From an uncultured Coriobacteriia bacterium (GTDB lineage Bacteria > Actinomycetota > Coriobacteriia > Coriobacteriales > QAMH01), in NCBI GenBank assembly GCA_959608885.1, contig CAUHSG010000007.1:1616-65615 (forward strand): DNA of 64,000 nucleotides, in the 5' to 3' direction. Of this stretch, positions 28,840 through 36,648 are shown one piece after another. Below the pieces are notes generated by a model that was given only the letters and a program-made list of their open reading frames with translations, was not told the origin of the DNA and ran no database searches. Numbering within the stretch: position 1 is the stretch's first letter; each line of letters opens with the position of its first letter. Position numbers and translations under genes: made by a program.

Positions 28840-29390
28840 GCGCTGAATCCTTTCTCGAAGTGCCCAAAGTGACCGCGCTGCCCCATGAGCAGCGCCGAAC
28901 ATGGCTCGAGCTTGCCGTTGCCATCGAGCTCGCCGCGCGTCTCGGCGACGAGTGTGCGCCCGATGAAGAGTTCGTGATCGCCATGCACTTGCGATTCCAC
29001 CAGCTCGCATTCTATCCACGAGATGGCCTGTCCGATACGGATGGCGTCGATGCGCGTAGCCGGAAGCGTCATGAGCCCCGCTTCGGCGAAGCGATCCTCG
29101 ACACCGTGCTTCTTGCCGCATGTCATCGCAACGCACACGGCATCCTCGTCGGCGCCGAGCACGTTCACGACGAAGCTTCCCGACTCGCGCATGGCACGCG
29201 CGGTCTGCCCGCCGGGACGAATGGCGACGGCGATGAGGCTCGGCTCGTGCGATATGGGCATGGCCCACGCAATGGTCGCGACCTTGTCAGCGCCCATGGC
29301 ATCACGTGCCGTAACAAGTGTCACGGTCGAGGGAATGAGCAACGTGGCGATCTCGTTGCCGGTAAGCTCGCTCAAGCTCTCGTCCATCAT
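28836..29390 (-). CDS. flavin reductase family protein (FMN-binding split barrel)
   Basis: 184 aa with blocks VTLVTARDAMGADKVATIAWAMPISHEPSLIAVAIRP and SGSFVVNVL. SD GGTAGGAG precedes the ATG. Confidence 0.8.
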   Translation of the reverse strand: MMDESLSELTGNEIATLLIPSTVTLVTARDAMGADKVATIAWAMPISHEPSLIAVAIRPGGQTARAMRESGSFVVNVLGADEDAVCVAMTCGKKHGVEDRFAEAGLMTLPATRIDAIRIGQAISWIECELVESQVHGDHELFIGRTLVAETRGELDGNGKLEPCSALLMGQRGHFGHFEKGFSA

Positions 29391-29408
29391 GGTCTCCTAC
29401 CCACCGAT

Positions 29409-29474
29409 GAGGCAAATGGACAGGGCAAATGTCTCACGATTCCCGGTGAGACATTTGCCCTGTCCATTTGCCTC
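29409..29474. repeat. perfect palindrome with 29-bp arms and 8-nt loop (ATGAGACA family)
   Basis: GAGGCAAATGGACAGGGCAAATGTCTCAC (29409-29437) pairs with GTGAGACATTTGCCCTGTCCATTTGCCTC (29446-29474). Direct CATTTGYCTCAT / CTGTCCATTTG repeats follow to about 29510. Confidence 0.9.
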
Positions 29475-29511
29475 ATTTGCCTCATCCTGTCCATTTGTCT
29501 CATTTACGCAC

Positions 29512-30492
29512 CTACATGATGGGCGGCACGTAAATCTTCATGCGGGACTGCGGGATGGCGCGCTTGGCGAGCTCCCGGCAACCCTCGACAATAGTATCGA
29601 GCCGGTTTGCCGGCACGCCCATGTACATCATATCCTCGCCGATATCGCTCGAGGCACGACCACCATAGCAGCCAAACGAGATGTTCGGCTCATCGTTCAT
29701 GAGCGGCAGCAGCGTTGCCTCCACGCATTGCGCATTGAAGCCCGACGCGTGGAAGTCGTGTCGATGCCCGTCGAAGTACGACATGCTCATCGACAGCCAC
29801 ATCATCTGCTCGGGTGTGCCCGTGAAGACGATGACCTCGGGATGGCGCGTGCATGCGCCAAGCGGTTGCACGAGGGTGGCGCGCTTGGAGTTGGGCGGTA
29901 ACGTGGGACGCTCAGCTACCATCTTGGCCGCGGCCTCGGCGTCCACGACCTTATGGAAGAGCACGTAGATCTCGCCGGTGGCAAGCTTGTCGGGCACGCC
30001 AGTCATACCGAAGATTGAGGTGCCATCAGGGCAGGCATGGCAATGCGGCGGCATGAGTATCGATGCACCGCGCCGCGCCGCGTTCATGCTCTGGCAATAG
30101 CGCAACTTCTCGGTGGGCATGGGTACGTCGGGCAGCGGCTCATCGATGTCGATGAGACCGACGGCCACCGGATGCCAGCGCAGGTCGAGCGCTTCCATGA
30201 TGGCCTTCTCCGCCTCGGCGTAATGACACTGCTCCTCGGCGCTGATAGGCTCGGCGCGTTCCTCGCCGGCATACGGGTCGAAGGCCTCGGCGCCGGGCAG
30301 CGACTTGATCACGATGGCGCGCTGCGGGCACTGGCCCGAGCAGGTCGTGCAGCCGACGCACGCCTCCATGTCGACGGCCTTCGGCATGCCGTTACCATTC
30401 ACCTCGAGACAGTACTGCGGGCAGAACGCCACGCATAGGCCGCAGGCAACGCAGCGATCCGCATCGTGTATGAACTCGTAGTCAGCGCTCAT
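29512..30492 (-). CDS. 4Fe-4S ferredoxin domain fused to DUF169 domain protein
   Basis: Ferredoxin motifs CVACGLCVAFCP and CVGCTTCSGQCP at the N-terminus. The remaining ~250 aa resemble DUF169 (COG2043) proteins (RYCQS..., GCYGGR...). Confidence 0.65.
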   Translation of the reverse strand: MSADYEFIHDADRCVACGLCVAFCPQYCLEVNGNGMPKAVDMEACVGCTTCSGQCPQRAIVIKSLPGAEAFDPYAGEERAEPISAEEQCHYAEAEKAIMEALDLRWHPVAVGLIDIDEPLPDVPMPTEKLRYCQSMNAARRGASILMPPHCHACPDGTSIFGMTGVPDKLATGEIYVLFHKVVDAEAAAKMVAERPTLPPNSKRATLVQPLGACTRHPEVIVFTGTPEQMMWLSMSMSYFDGHRHDFHASGFNAQCVEATLLPLMNDEPNISFGCYGGRASSDIGEDMMYMGVPANRLDTIVEGCRELAKRAIPQSRMKIYVPPIM

Positions 30493-30510
30493 GGGCTGCT
30501 CCTTGTCGCA

Positions 30511-31818
30511 TTAGGCAGTGGGGCCGGTTCCCCACATCTCGTAGATACGCTCACCGGCGGAATTCGTCATCTGGTAGCTGCAAAACGGAATCACGCGCCC
30601 GTCCTTCATCGCCACCGTCATCGAGCATTCCGCCATGCGCTCGGTCGTTGTCGTCATCGCGTCCATGTAGTTCATGATGATGACGCTGATGCCGCGATAG
30701 AGGTTGACGCCCTTTTTGTAGAGGATGTCGGGCAGCACCGAGCCCTGTGGGGATGTCGGGTCGTAGTACTGCATGTACTCCTCGCTCGACAGGCCGCGCG
30801 TGGCCGGGATATAACCGCCGTTTTCATCCGGCATGAGGAAGGTGCCCGTGTCGCACAGCGGATGCGAGCACCCGAGCGGCATGATGTCTGCGACCTTGAT
30901 GCGCCCATCGGTCTGCTCCTCGAGCGCGTAGATGGTGTCGCCGGCCGTGTACGGCGCGTACTCGCTCGGCTCGAAGCGCCCCGAAGTGAACGCGGGCTGC
31001 AGCGCAACGCCAATCACCACATCGGAGTTCTCCCAGGCAAAGTCGATGACCTCGCCGACGCGATCGTCGTTCACGCCCTTGACGATGGTCATGCACAGCA
31101 CGACCTGAATGCCCACCTCGCGGCAGTTCTCGATGCATGCCATCTTGTCAGCGAGCATCGCGGCCTTGCCGCATATGGCCTCATAGGGCTCCTCGTCAAT
31201 GCCATCGAAAGAGAGGTAGATGCCGGTGATGCCCGCATCGACAAGCTCCTGCAGGTACTTCTTCGAACGACCGATGACGATGCCGTTCGTGTTGATCTCG
31301 ATGCCGGTGAAGCCGTGGCGACGCGCGCACATGACGATCTCGGGCAGGTCGCTGCGCACCGTGGGCTCGCCGCCGGTAATCTGCAATCCCGTTTCGGGGC
31401 CAACCTTCTCGGCGAGCGTGGCGATGAGCCCCTCGATCTCGCCGAAGGTGATGCCATCGCTCGGGAAGTCGGCGCTCATGAAGCACACGGGGCACTTCGC
31501 GTTGCAACGGCGCGTGACCTCGATTTCCACCAAAGTGCCACGGCGTAGATGGCGCTTGCACAACCCGCAACTCTTGGGGCATTCGTCGTCGATGGGATAG
31601 TCGCGGCACTTGGGAGCCGTCGGCGCGACGCGCATCGAACGCAGCCACTCGTAGTGCTCGGCATCTGGCCACACGTAGGTGACGGTCTCGCCGTGCTCGG
31701 GGCACGTGCGCGTCATCCAGACCTTGCCGTCGCCGTCCGCGTAGATATCCGCCTTCAGCTGCGTCAGGCAATGTGGGCACAGCGCATGCGCCGTATGGAG
31801 AGTTCGAATTTTAGTCAT
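30511..31818 (-). CDS. radical SAM protein, COG1964 (MJ0619/Tes-like) type
   Basis: N-terminal Zn-ribbon-like CPHC...CPEHG. Radical SAM motif CNAKCPVC, GGEP block ITGGEPT, long C-terminal extension. Confidence 0.8.
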   Translation of the reverse strand: MTKIRTLHTAHALCPHCLTQLKADIYADGDGKVWMTRTCPEHGETVTYVWPDAEHYEWLRSMRVAPTAPKCRDYPIDDECPKSCGLCKRHLRRGTLVEIEVTRRCNAKCPVCFMSADFPSDGITFGEIEGLIATLAEKVGPETGLQITGGEPTVRSDLPEIVMCARRHGFTGIEINTNGIVIGRSKKYLQELVDAGITGIYLSFDGIDEEPYEAICGKAAMLADKMACIENCREVGIQVVLCMTIVKGVNDDRVGEVIDFAWENSDVVIGVALQPAFTSGRFEPSEYAPYTAGDTIYALEEQTDGRIKVADIMPLGCSHPLCDTGTFLMPDENGGYIPATRGLSSEEYMQYYDPTSPQGSVLPDILYKKGVNLYRGISVIIMNYMDAMTTTTERMAECSMTVAMKDGRVIPFCSYQMTNSAGERIYEMWGTGPTA

Positions 31819-31851
31819 AGGTCACCTTATAAAAGTCCTTTTACCTACGAA

Positions 31852-32033
31852 GGTAGCTCTTTTTTCAAACAATTGCGAAGCAGGAAATGCTTTTCGCGAG
31901 GCGTCCTTGCGAGGACTGTCTGAGCGGGCGGTTTCTGCCCGCGAGTTTCCCTAAAGGGACTAGCTTCGCGTCGCCGCACGCAGCCGAGCGAAAAGCATTG
32001 ACGGGTGCGGAGCCTGTTTGAAAAAGAGCTACC
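31852..32033. mobile_element. MITE-like nonautonomous element with 19-20-bp terminal inverted repeats
   Basis: GGTAGCTCTTTTTTCAAACA (31852-31871) pairs with TGTTTGAAAAAGAGCTACC (32015-32033). The interior is a nest of sub-palindromes with no ORF. A 38-nt internal segment recurs inverted at 15333-15370. Confidence 0.6.
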
Positions 32034-32952
32034 GAAGTATCCCTTCGGTCTCCTCCGGCTCGTGCGCAGGTGCGTCGGCGCCGTCCTCCACGTCATCCAG
32101 ATACTGACGCGGATCGTGGTTCTCGTTGGGCGCGGCATGCGGCTTGAGCCCGAGGAAGTCGGCCCATTGCAGGACGCGCTTGGGCACGTAAATGCCCGTC
32201 TGATACTCCGATGCCGTGCGCAGCGCACGAGCGCACGACAGGCAGTGCGCCAGGTCCTCGACCTCGTCAACATCAGCGACAGGTGCGAGGTACGCGTTGG
32301 GGATGCCCTCCTCGACAAGTTTCTCGACGTATCCGTCGAGCGCGGGCCTGCCGGTCATGTTGTAGTAGATGCCCTGGTGGTTGATAGGCGTGTCGAAGTT
32401 GAAACCCACGAGCGAGGTGCCACACTCCTGGCACGGTGCCTGCACGAAGCCGGGCGTGCCAAGCACCTCAGCGAAGTAGATGAGCCACTGAAATGCCTGG
32501 GTCACATGTGCGCGCGGCAACGTCGGGATATCGGCGCCGATGGAGACGATTGCCTCGTAACCCTGGTCGAAAATCTCCTTAAACGCCATGTCGAAGTGAT
32601 CGTCGAAGGTGGCACCGCGGTCGTGCATGTAGTGAATCTCGCGCGGCCACTGTCCGATTTCCTCGATCGTCTCCTTCATGAGGGCGACATTCTTCTCTGG
32701 CGTCGTCGAGATGAAGAGGTCGTAGCTGCGCTCCGGCGCGCTCGGGTCGGCCTCGCGCTCCTCGCGATTCAGCGCCTCGAGATCGTCCATGCACCACATC
32801 GCAAGCTCGGTCACATCCCACAGGCTACGCTTGAAGAACTGGGCCGCTTGCTCCTGCGTGAAGCCGCCACCACGTTCGATGGTGAGACGCGTCTTGACCA
32901 GACCTGGAATCGGCGGCTTGGAGAAGATGAGAATCGCGTATTTCTTCTGCAT
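32029..32952 (-). CDS. DUF2064 family protein (MobA/CofC-like nucleotidyltransferase fold)
   Basis: Start ATG 32952 (MQKKYAILIFSKPPIPGLVKTRL...) follows AAGGAG and lies 5 nt after the Mo-enzyme stop. The N-terminal block is typical of DUF2064/TIGR04282-type proteins as I recall them. Confidence 0.65.
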   Translation of the reverse strand: MQKKYAILIFSKPPIPGLVKTRLTIERGGGFTQEQAAQFFKRSLWDVTELAMWCMDDLEALNREEREADPSAPERSYDLFISTTPEKNVALMKETIEEIGQWPREIHYMHDRGATFDDHFDMAFKEIFDQGYEAIVSIGADIPTLPRAHVTQAFQWLIYFAEVLGTPGFVQAPCQECGTSLVGFNFDTPINHQGIYYNMTGRPALDGYVEKLVEEGIPNAYLAPVADVDEVEDLAHCLSCARALRTASEYQTGIYVPKRVLQWADFLGLKPHAAPNENHDPRQYLDDVEDGADAPAHEPEETEGILR

Positions 32953-32957
32953 GGGTG

Positions 32958-35177
32958 CTACTCCTTCTTTCTGATGCGGCAGGGAATGCCGTTGTAAATC
33001 CACGTCCCGATAAGCGGCTCGCGCGCGCCTTCGACGGCACCGCGTGTGAGCCAGTTGATGTTCGATTTGAGACACTCGTCAAAATCGGGGCTGTCCTCGA
33101 CCGATTCAGGGTACCACCATCCATATTCGGCGGAGGCCACGTCGTCAAGCATGTTCGCGATATGCACGTATTGGAGCACCTCAACGTCCGGCGCATCCTG
33201 GCGCGAGATGAGGCAGGCATCCCCCTCCGCAAGACCCAGGCGCTCGGCCGTCGCGGGTGAGAGCTCGACCGTCGGCTTGGGATGGCGAGCGCGCATCGAG
33301 GGAACCTCGAAATACGAGGATGCCCAGTATGGCTGCTTGCGCGCGCCGGTAATGAGCGTGACGCAATCATCCTCGTGACACACGTCCTCGTGCACACCGG
33401 TCACGGGCGTGAACTGCGCGACAAGCCCGGCACCGCGGCGCTGCAGGAACGGGACGGCGAGTTCGACCTTGCCGCTCTCGGTCGCAAAACCGCGCGGCTC
33501 GCCTGTTACCTCGTCAATCTCGAGATGCTTGAGGTAACGCGCTCCACCACCGCAGATGCCCGTGATGATGAAATCGTCCCAACTCATGCCCGTCGGCTCG
33601 ATGGTGCGGGCGAGTTCCTCGGTCAGGTCCTGAGCCGGCCACAGCGCCTCATCACAGCCCATGCGCAGAGCCAAATCGCGCAGGATGACATAGTCCTCAC
33701 GGCGCTCGAACTGCGGCTCGACCGCAGCCGGTCCGCCATAGCAGAAGTCCGAGACACCGCCCATCGCCTGAAAGCAGGGGTGCTCGACAGCTGCGGCAGC
33801 GGGCAAAACGTAGTCGGCCATGAGGGCCGTGGGTGTCATGATGAACTCAAGCACGACGACGAGATCCATCGCCTCGAGTGCCCGCATAACAAGCTGCGTA
33901 TCGGCATAGGTGACCAGTGGATTGGCGCCATCGACGATGAGTGCGCTCACGCGATAGGGTTTGTCCGTGATGGCCGCTTCCCACACGCGTTGCGGCAACG
34001 CCGAGGTGAGATATCGCATGGGCAGATGACGTCCCAGCTTGCCGGTGCGCTCGTCGGCGAGTTCCCAACCGGCATAACTCTGGAGGCCGCAATCAGGCTC
34101 GTTGAGGCCATGAGCACGAGCCTCGGCAGACAACAGCATGCTGTCCTCGAGCTCGAGCTCGCTCAGGAAGCTCGGTGCCTCGTTGAGAACGTTACCGCCG
34201 GGCACGTCGACATTGCCCGTGATGGCGCGCAACGCGGCGATGACACGATGCAGCGATGCGGTGTTGGGGCCGATCTGGTCGACACCGCGTCCCGAAAGCA
34301 GACCGGCGGGCTTGCTCGTCGCGTACATGCGGGCAGCCTCGCGAATCTGCTCGACGGACACTTGGGTGATAGCGGCCGCCTCGTCGAGCGTGCGCTCGAA
34401 AGCAGCGGCCTTGAACTCGTCGAAGCCGGAGCACCACTCATCGACGAAGTCATGGTCGTAGAGATCCTCCTCGATGATGACGCGCGCGAGCGCGTACGCG
34501 AGAACGAGATCAGTACCGGGAAAGGGCGCGAGCCACAGCGTCGCCTTGGCCGCCGTCATCGACAGGCGCGTGTCCACGACGATGAGCTTACCGCCATCGC
34601 GAGCGTAGTCGGCGATGTTGCGCCAGAACAGCGAGTTGTCCGACTCAGCCGGATTGATACCCCAGAGCATCAGGCACTCCGTGAGGTCGGGCCGGAAGTC
34701 GCATTCGACCGACCAACCGTAGGTCATCGTGTCCATCCAGATGCGCGGATTCCAGCAGATGGGACCGATGCCCATGTTGTTGGGGCTGCCGATGAAGCTC
34801 ATGAAGCGATGCAACGGCCAGTAAACCGCATGCGGACCACCAATGGCACTCGCCACCGTCCACGGACCATGTGCGTCGATGAGCAGGCGCAAACGCGTCG
34901 CGATATCGTCAAGCGCCTCGTCCCAGCTCACGCGGATAAAACCGCCGCCGCCACGCGGCCCTATGCGCTTCAGGGGAAAGTTGACGCGCGTATCCTCGTC
35001 ATAGAGCTTCTCGAGATTGAGCCGCCAACGGGGACAGCGGGCAGATACGCTCACATCGTAGGGATAGCGCGTCGCATCAGGCGTGAAGTCGATTACGCGG
35101 CCGTCTTCGATCGTCGCGTCGAACGCGCATAGATAGCCGCAGTAGTGACAATTGGTTTTACGAATCTCGGTAGTCAT
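32958..35177 (-). CDS. molybdopterin (bis-MGD) oxidoreductase, cytoplasmic, unknown substrate
   Basis: FS0 motif NCHYCGYLC...C near the N-terminus. DMSO-reductase-family blocks are present (VSWDEALDDIA, GINPAESD, LVVVLEFIMTPTALMADYVLP). No Tat/Sec signal. Start is uncertain: ATG 35177 (MTTEIRK) or 35201. Confidence 0.85.
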   Translation of the reverse strand: MTTEIRKTNCHYCGYLCAFDATIEDGRVIDFTPDATRYPYDVSVSARCPRWRLNLEKLYDEDTRVNFPLKRIGPRGGGGFIRVSWDEALDDIATRLRLLIDAHGPWTVASAIGGPHAVYWPLHRFMSFIGSPNNMGIGPICWNPRIWMDTMTYGWSVECDFRPDLTECLMLWGINPAESDNSLFWRNIADYARDGGKLIVVDTRLSMTAAKATLWLAPFPGTDLVLAYALARVIIEEDLYDHDFVDEWCSGFDEFKAAAFERTLDEAAAITQVSVEQIREAARMYATSKPAGLLSGRGVDQIGPNTASLHRVIAALRAITGNVDVPGGNVLNEAPSFLSELELEDSMLLSAEARAHGLNEPDCGLQSYAGWELADERTGKLGRHLPMRYLTSALPQRVWEAAITDKPYRVSALIVDGANPLVTYADTQLVMRALEAMDLVVVLEFIMTPTALMADYVLPAAAAVEHPCFQAMGGVSDFCYGGPAAVEPQFERREDYVILRDLALRMGCDEALWPAQDLTEELARTIEPTGMSWDDFIITGICGGGARYLKHLEIDEVTGEPRGFATESGKVELAVPFLQRRGAGLVAQFTPVTGVHEDVCHEDDCVTLITGARKQPYWASSYFEVPSMRARHPKPTVELSPATAERLGLAEGDACLISRQDAPDVEVLQYVHIANMLDDVASAEYGWWYPESVEDSPDFDECLKSNINWLTRGAVEGAREPLIGTWIYNGIPCRIRKKE

Positions 35178-35281
35178 AGCCCATGATTGTACTGCATGCA
35201 TCGGGCAAACACGCGCACTCTCCGGTTACAACACGGCACCGGCAAACAAAGTGGTTACCCGCCATGAGACAGTTGCCGTCA

Positions 35282-35328
35282 GACGGGATGAGACAAAAGT
35301 GACCGGAGCGTTTTTGTCTCATCCCGTC
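35282..35328. repeat. ATGAGACA-family stem-loop
   Basis: 17-bp stem GACGGGATGAGACAAAA / TTTTGTCTCATCCCGTC with a loop similar to that of 54905-54943. An extra ATGAGACA lies at 35264-35271. It sits 10 nt downstream of the HdrD-like stop. Confidence 0.85.
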
Positions 35329-35337
35329 CCATCGCCA

Positions 35338-36492
35338 TCAGTCGACGAGCGTCAACTCCTCACTCTCCGAAAGCTCCGCATATGCCGGGTCGGCAAAGAG
35401 CGCATCGACGTTCGCGTACACCTGCCCCCAATCGACGGAGCAATCAAAGATTTGCTCGAGGTAATGCTGCACAGGCGTGCTTCCCACACCACGCTGCAAC
35501 GAGTTGACACACGAGAAACAGGTCGACAGCACGCGGTCCGCATCGACTCCGTCGATTTCGGCAAGACGCAGGTTGCGGCGATACGCACAATAATCGGGAG
35601 CGTACACGCTCACCATGCCGCCACCTCCGCAACACAGACAGTCACGTTTCTCGTGCGGCATGCTCTTGAATGTCGCGTTCTCAAATAAACTGCGTGCCGC
35701 ACTGCCAAAGAAACCAGCAGAGCGGTCGTAACACGCATCGTGAAATGTGATGGCCTCGGTGCTCTGCGATATCATGCCGCGCTCGACGAGCAAATCGGGT
35801 AGCCGTACGATCTCGATCTCCATCCCCTCGATGAGCTGTGGCAGCAGATGGCCGCAGTGTGGACAGGTCACGACCAGGCGCCCGATTTCCTTCTCACGCA
35901 AAAAGGCCTGCACGCGCTCGCGATAGGCATCGTATTCGGCATAGAAGCCGACATCATAGAAAGTCGCGCCGCAACAGATGAGCAGCGTGTAGGCGGCAAT
36001 GTCCTCATCACGCAACCATTGCGAAACCTTGGCGGTAAGTTCGGGCGCATATGCATATAGCGCACAACCCGGGAAAAATGCGGTGTGATCGGCATCGCCA
36101 CCCAGATTCGCCTCGCCCTGGATATAGGTGACGTTCGTGATGTCACCGGTGTCACGGGCGCGCAGCGACGAAAACACGTTGTGCTTGAGATCCGTCCTGA
36201 ACTTGCGGTACAGGGGCCTCAGCTCGGGCTTCTTCTCGAGCAGCAATGCCCTGAGCGGTTTGGTAGCACGAGAGGCGACCAGGTCGACCGGGCAGTTAAT
36301 CGTACAGCGATTGCACAGCGCGCACGTGAAGGGTGCGTAATCCCAGGTATCGTCCCCGTTGAGAATCGACTCGCACAGCTCACCGAGATTAGGCTCGCCA
36401 TTCGAGAAGTTACCGCAGTCGGTCTGGGCGCACAGGCCGCAACGGATGCAGCTGTCGGAAAAGTCCTGCACGTCTTCCAGCGGATGATGCAT
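35338..36492 (-). CDS. HdrD/GlpC-like iron-sulfur protein (2x 4Fe-4S ferredoxin + 2x CCG domains)
   Basis: Ferredoxin motifs CIRCGLCAQTDC and CALCNRCTINCP. Two CCG-type patterns: PGC...LICCG...CPHCG and DAC...CLCCGGGG...CFSC. Confidence 0.8.
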   Translation of the reverse strand: MHHPLEDVQDFSDSCIRCGLCAQTDCGNFSNGEPNLGELCESILNGDDTWDYAPFTCALCNRCTINCPVDLVASRATKPLRALLLEKKPELRPLYRKFRTDLKHNVFSSLRARDTGDITNVTYIQGEANLGGDADHTAFFPGCALYAYAPELTAKVSQWLRDEDIAAYTLLICCGATFYDVGFYAEYDAYRERVQAFLREKEIGRLVVTCPHCGHLLPQLIEGMEIEIVRLPDLLVERGMISQSTEAITFHDACYDRSAGFFGSAARSLFENATFKSMPHEKRDCLCCGGGGMVSVYAPDYCAYRRNLRLAEIDGVDADRVLSTCFSCVNSLQRGVGSTPVQHYLEQIFDCSVDWGQVYANVDALFADPAYAELSESEELTLVD

Positions 36493-36520
36493 GTCGAATC
36501 CTCTCTCGCGTCACATCTGC

Positions 36521-36581
36521 GCCCGATTATACGCCAATGTGACAGGGGTCTGACCCCTGTCACATTGGCGTATAATCGGGC
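36521..36581. promoter_or_regulatory. 61-bp perfect palindrome carrying TATAAT, 29 nt upstream of the HdrD-like gene
   Basis: 30-nt arms GCCCGATTATACGCCAATGTGACAGGGGTC / GACCCCTGTCACATTGGCGTATAATCGGGC around T36551. A third CCCCTGTCACA copy lies at 36581-36591. Confidence 0.6.
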
Positions 36582-36648
36582 CCCTGTCACACGCGACCGC
36601 AAATCCATATGCAAGTGCCATCCGAAGAGCTCGCCTGCACGTAAACTG

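Noticed and set aside
28840-29268. N-terminal 143 codons of ORF 27610-29268 (Arg-rich, MGHAHIARAEPHRRRH...).
   Set aside because: This stretch overlaps the flavin reductase gene in another frame and has no motifs. The ATG at 28839 forms an ATGA stop/start junction and begins a complete GNAT domain.
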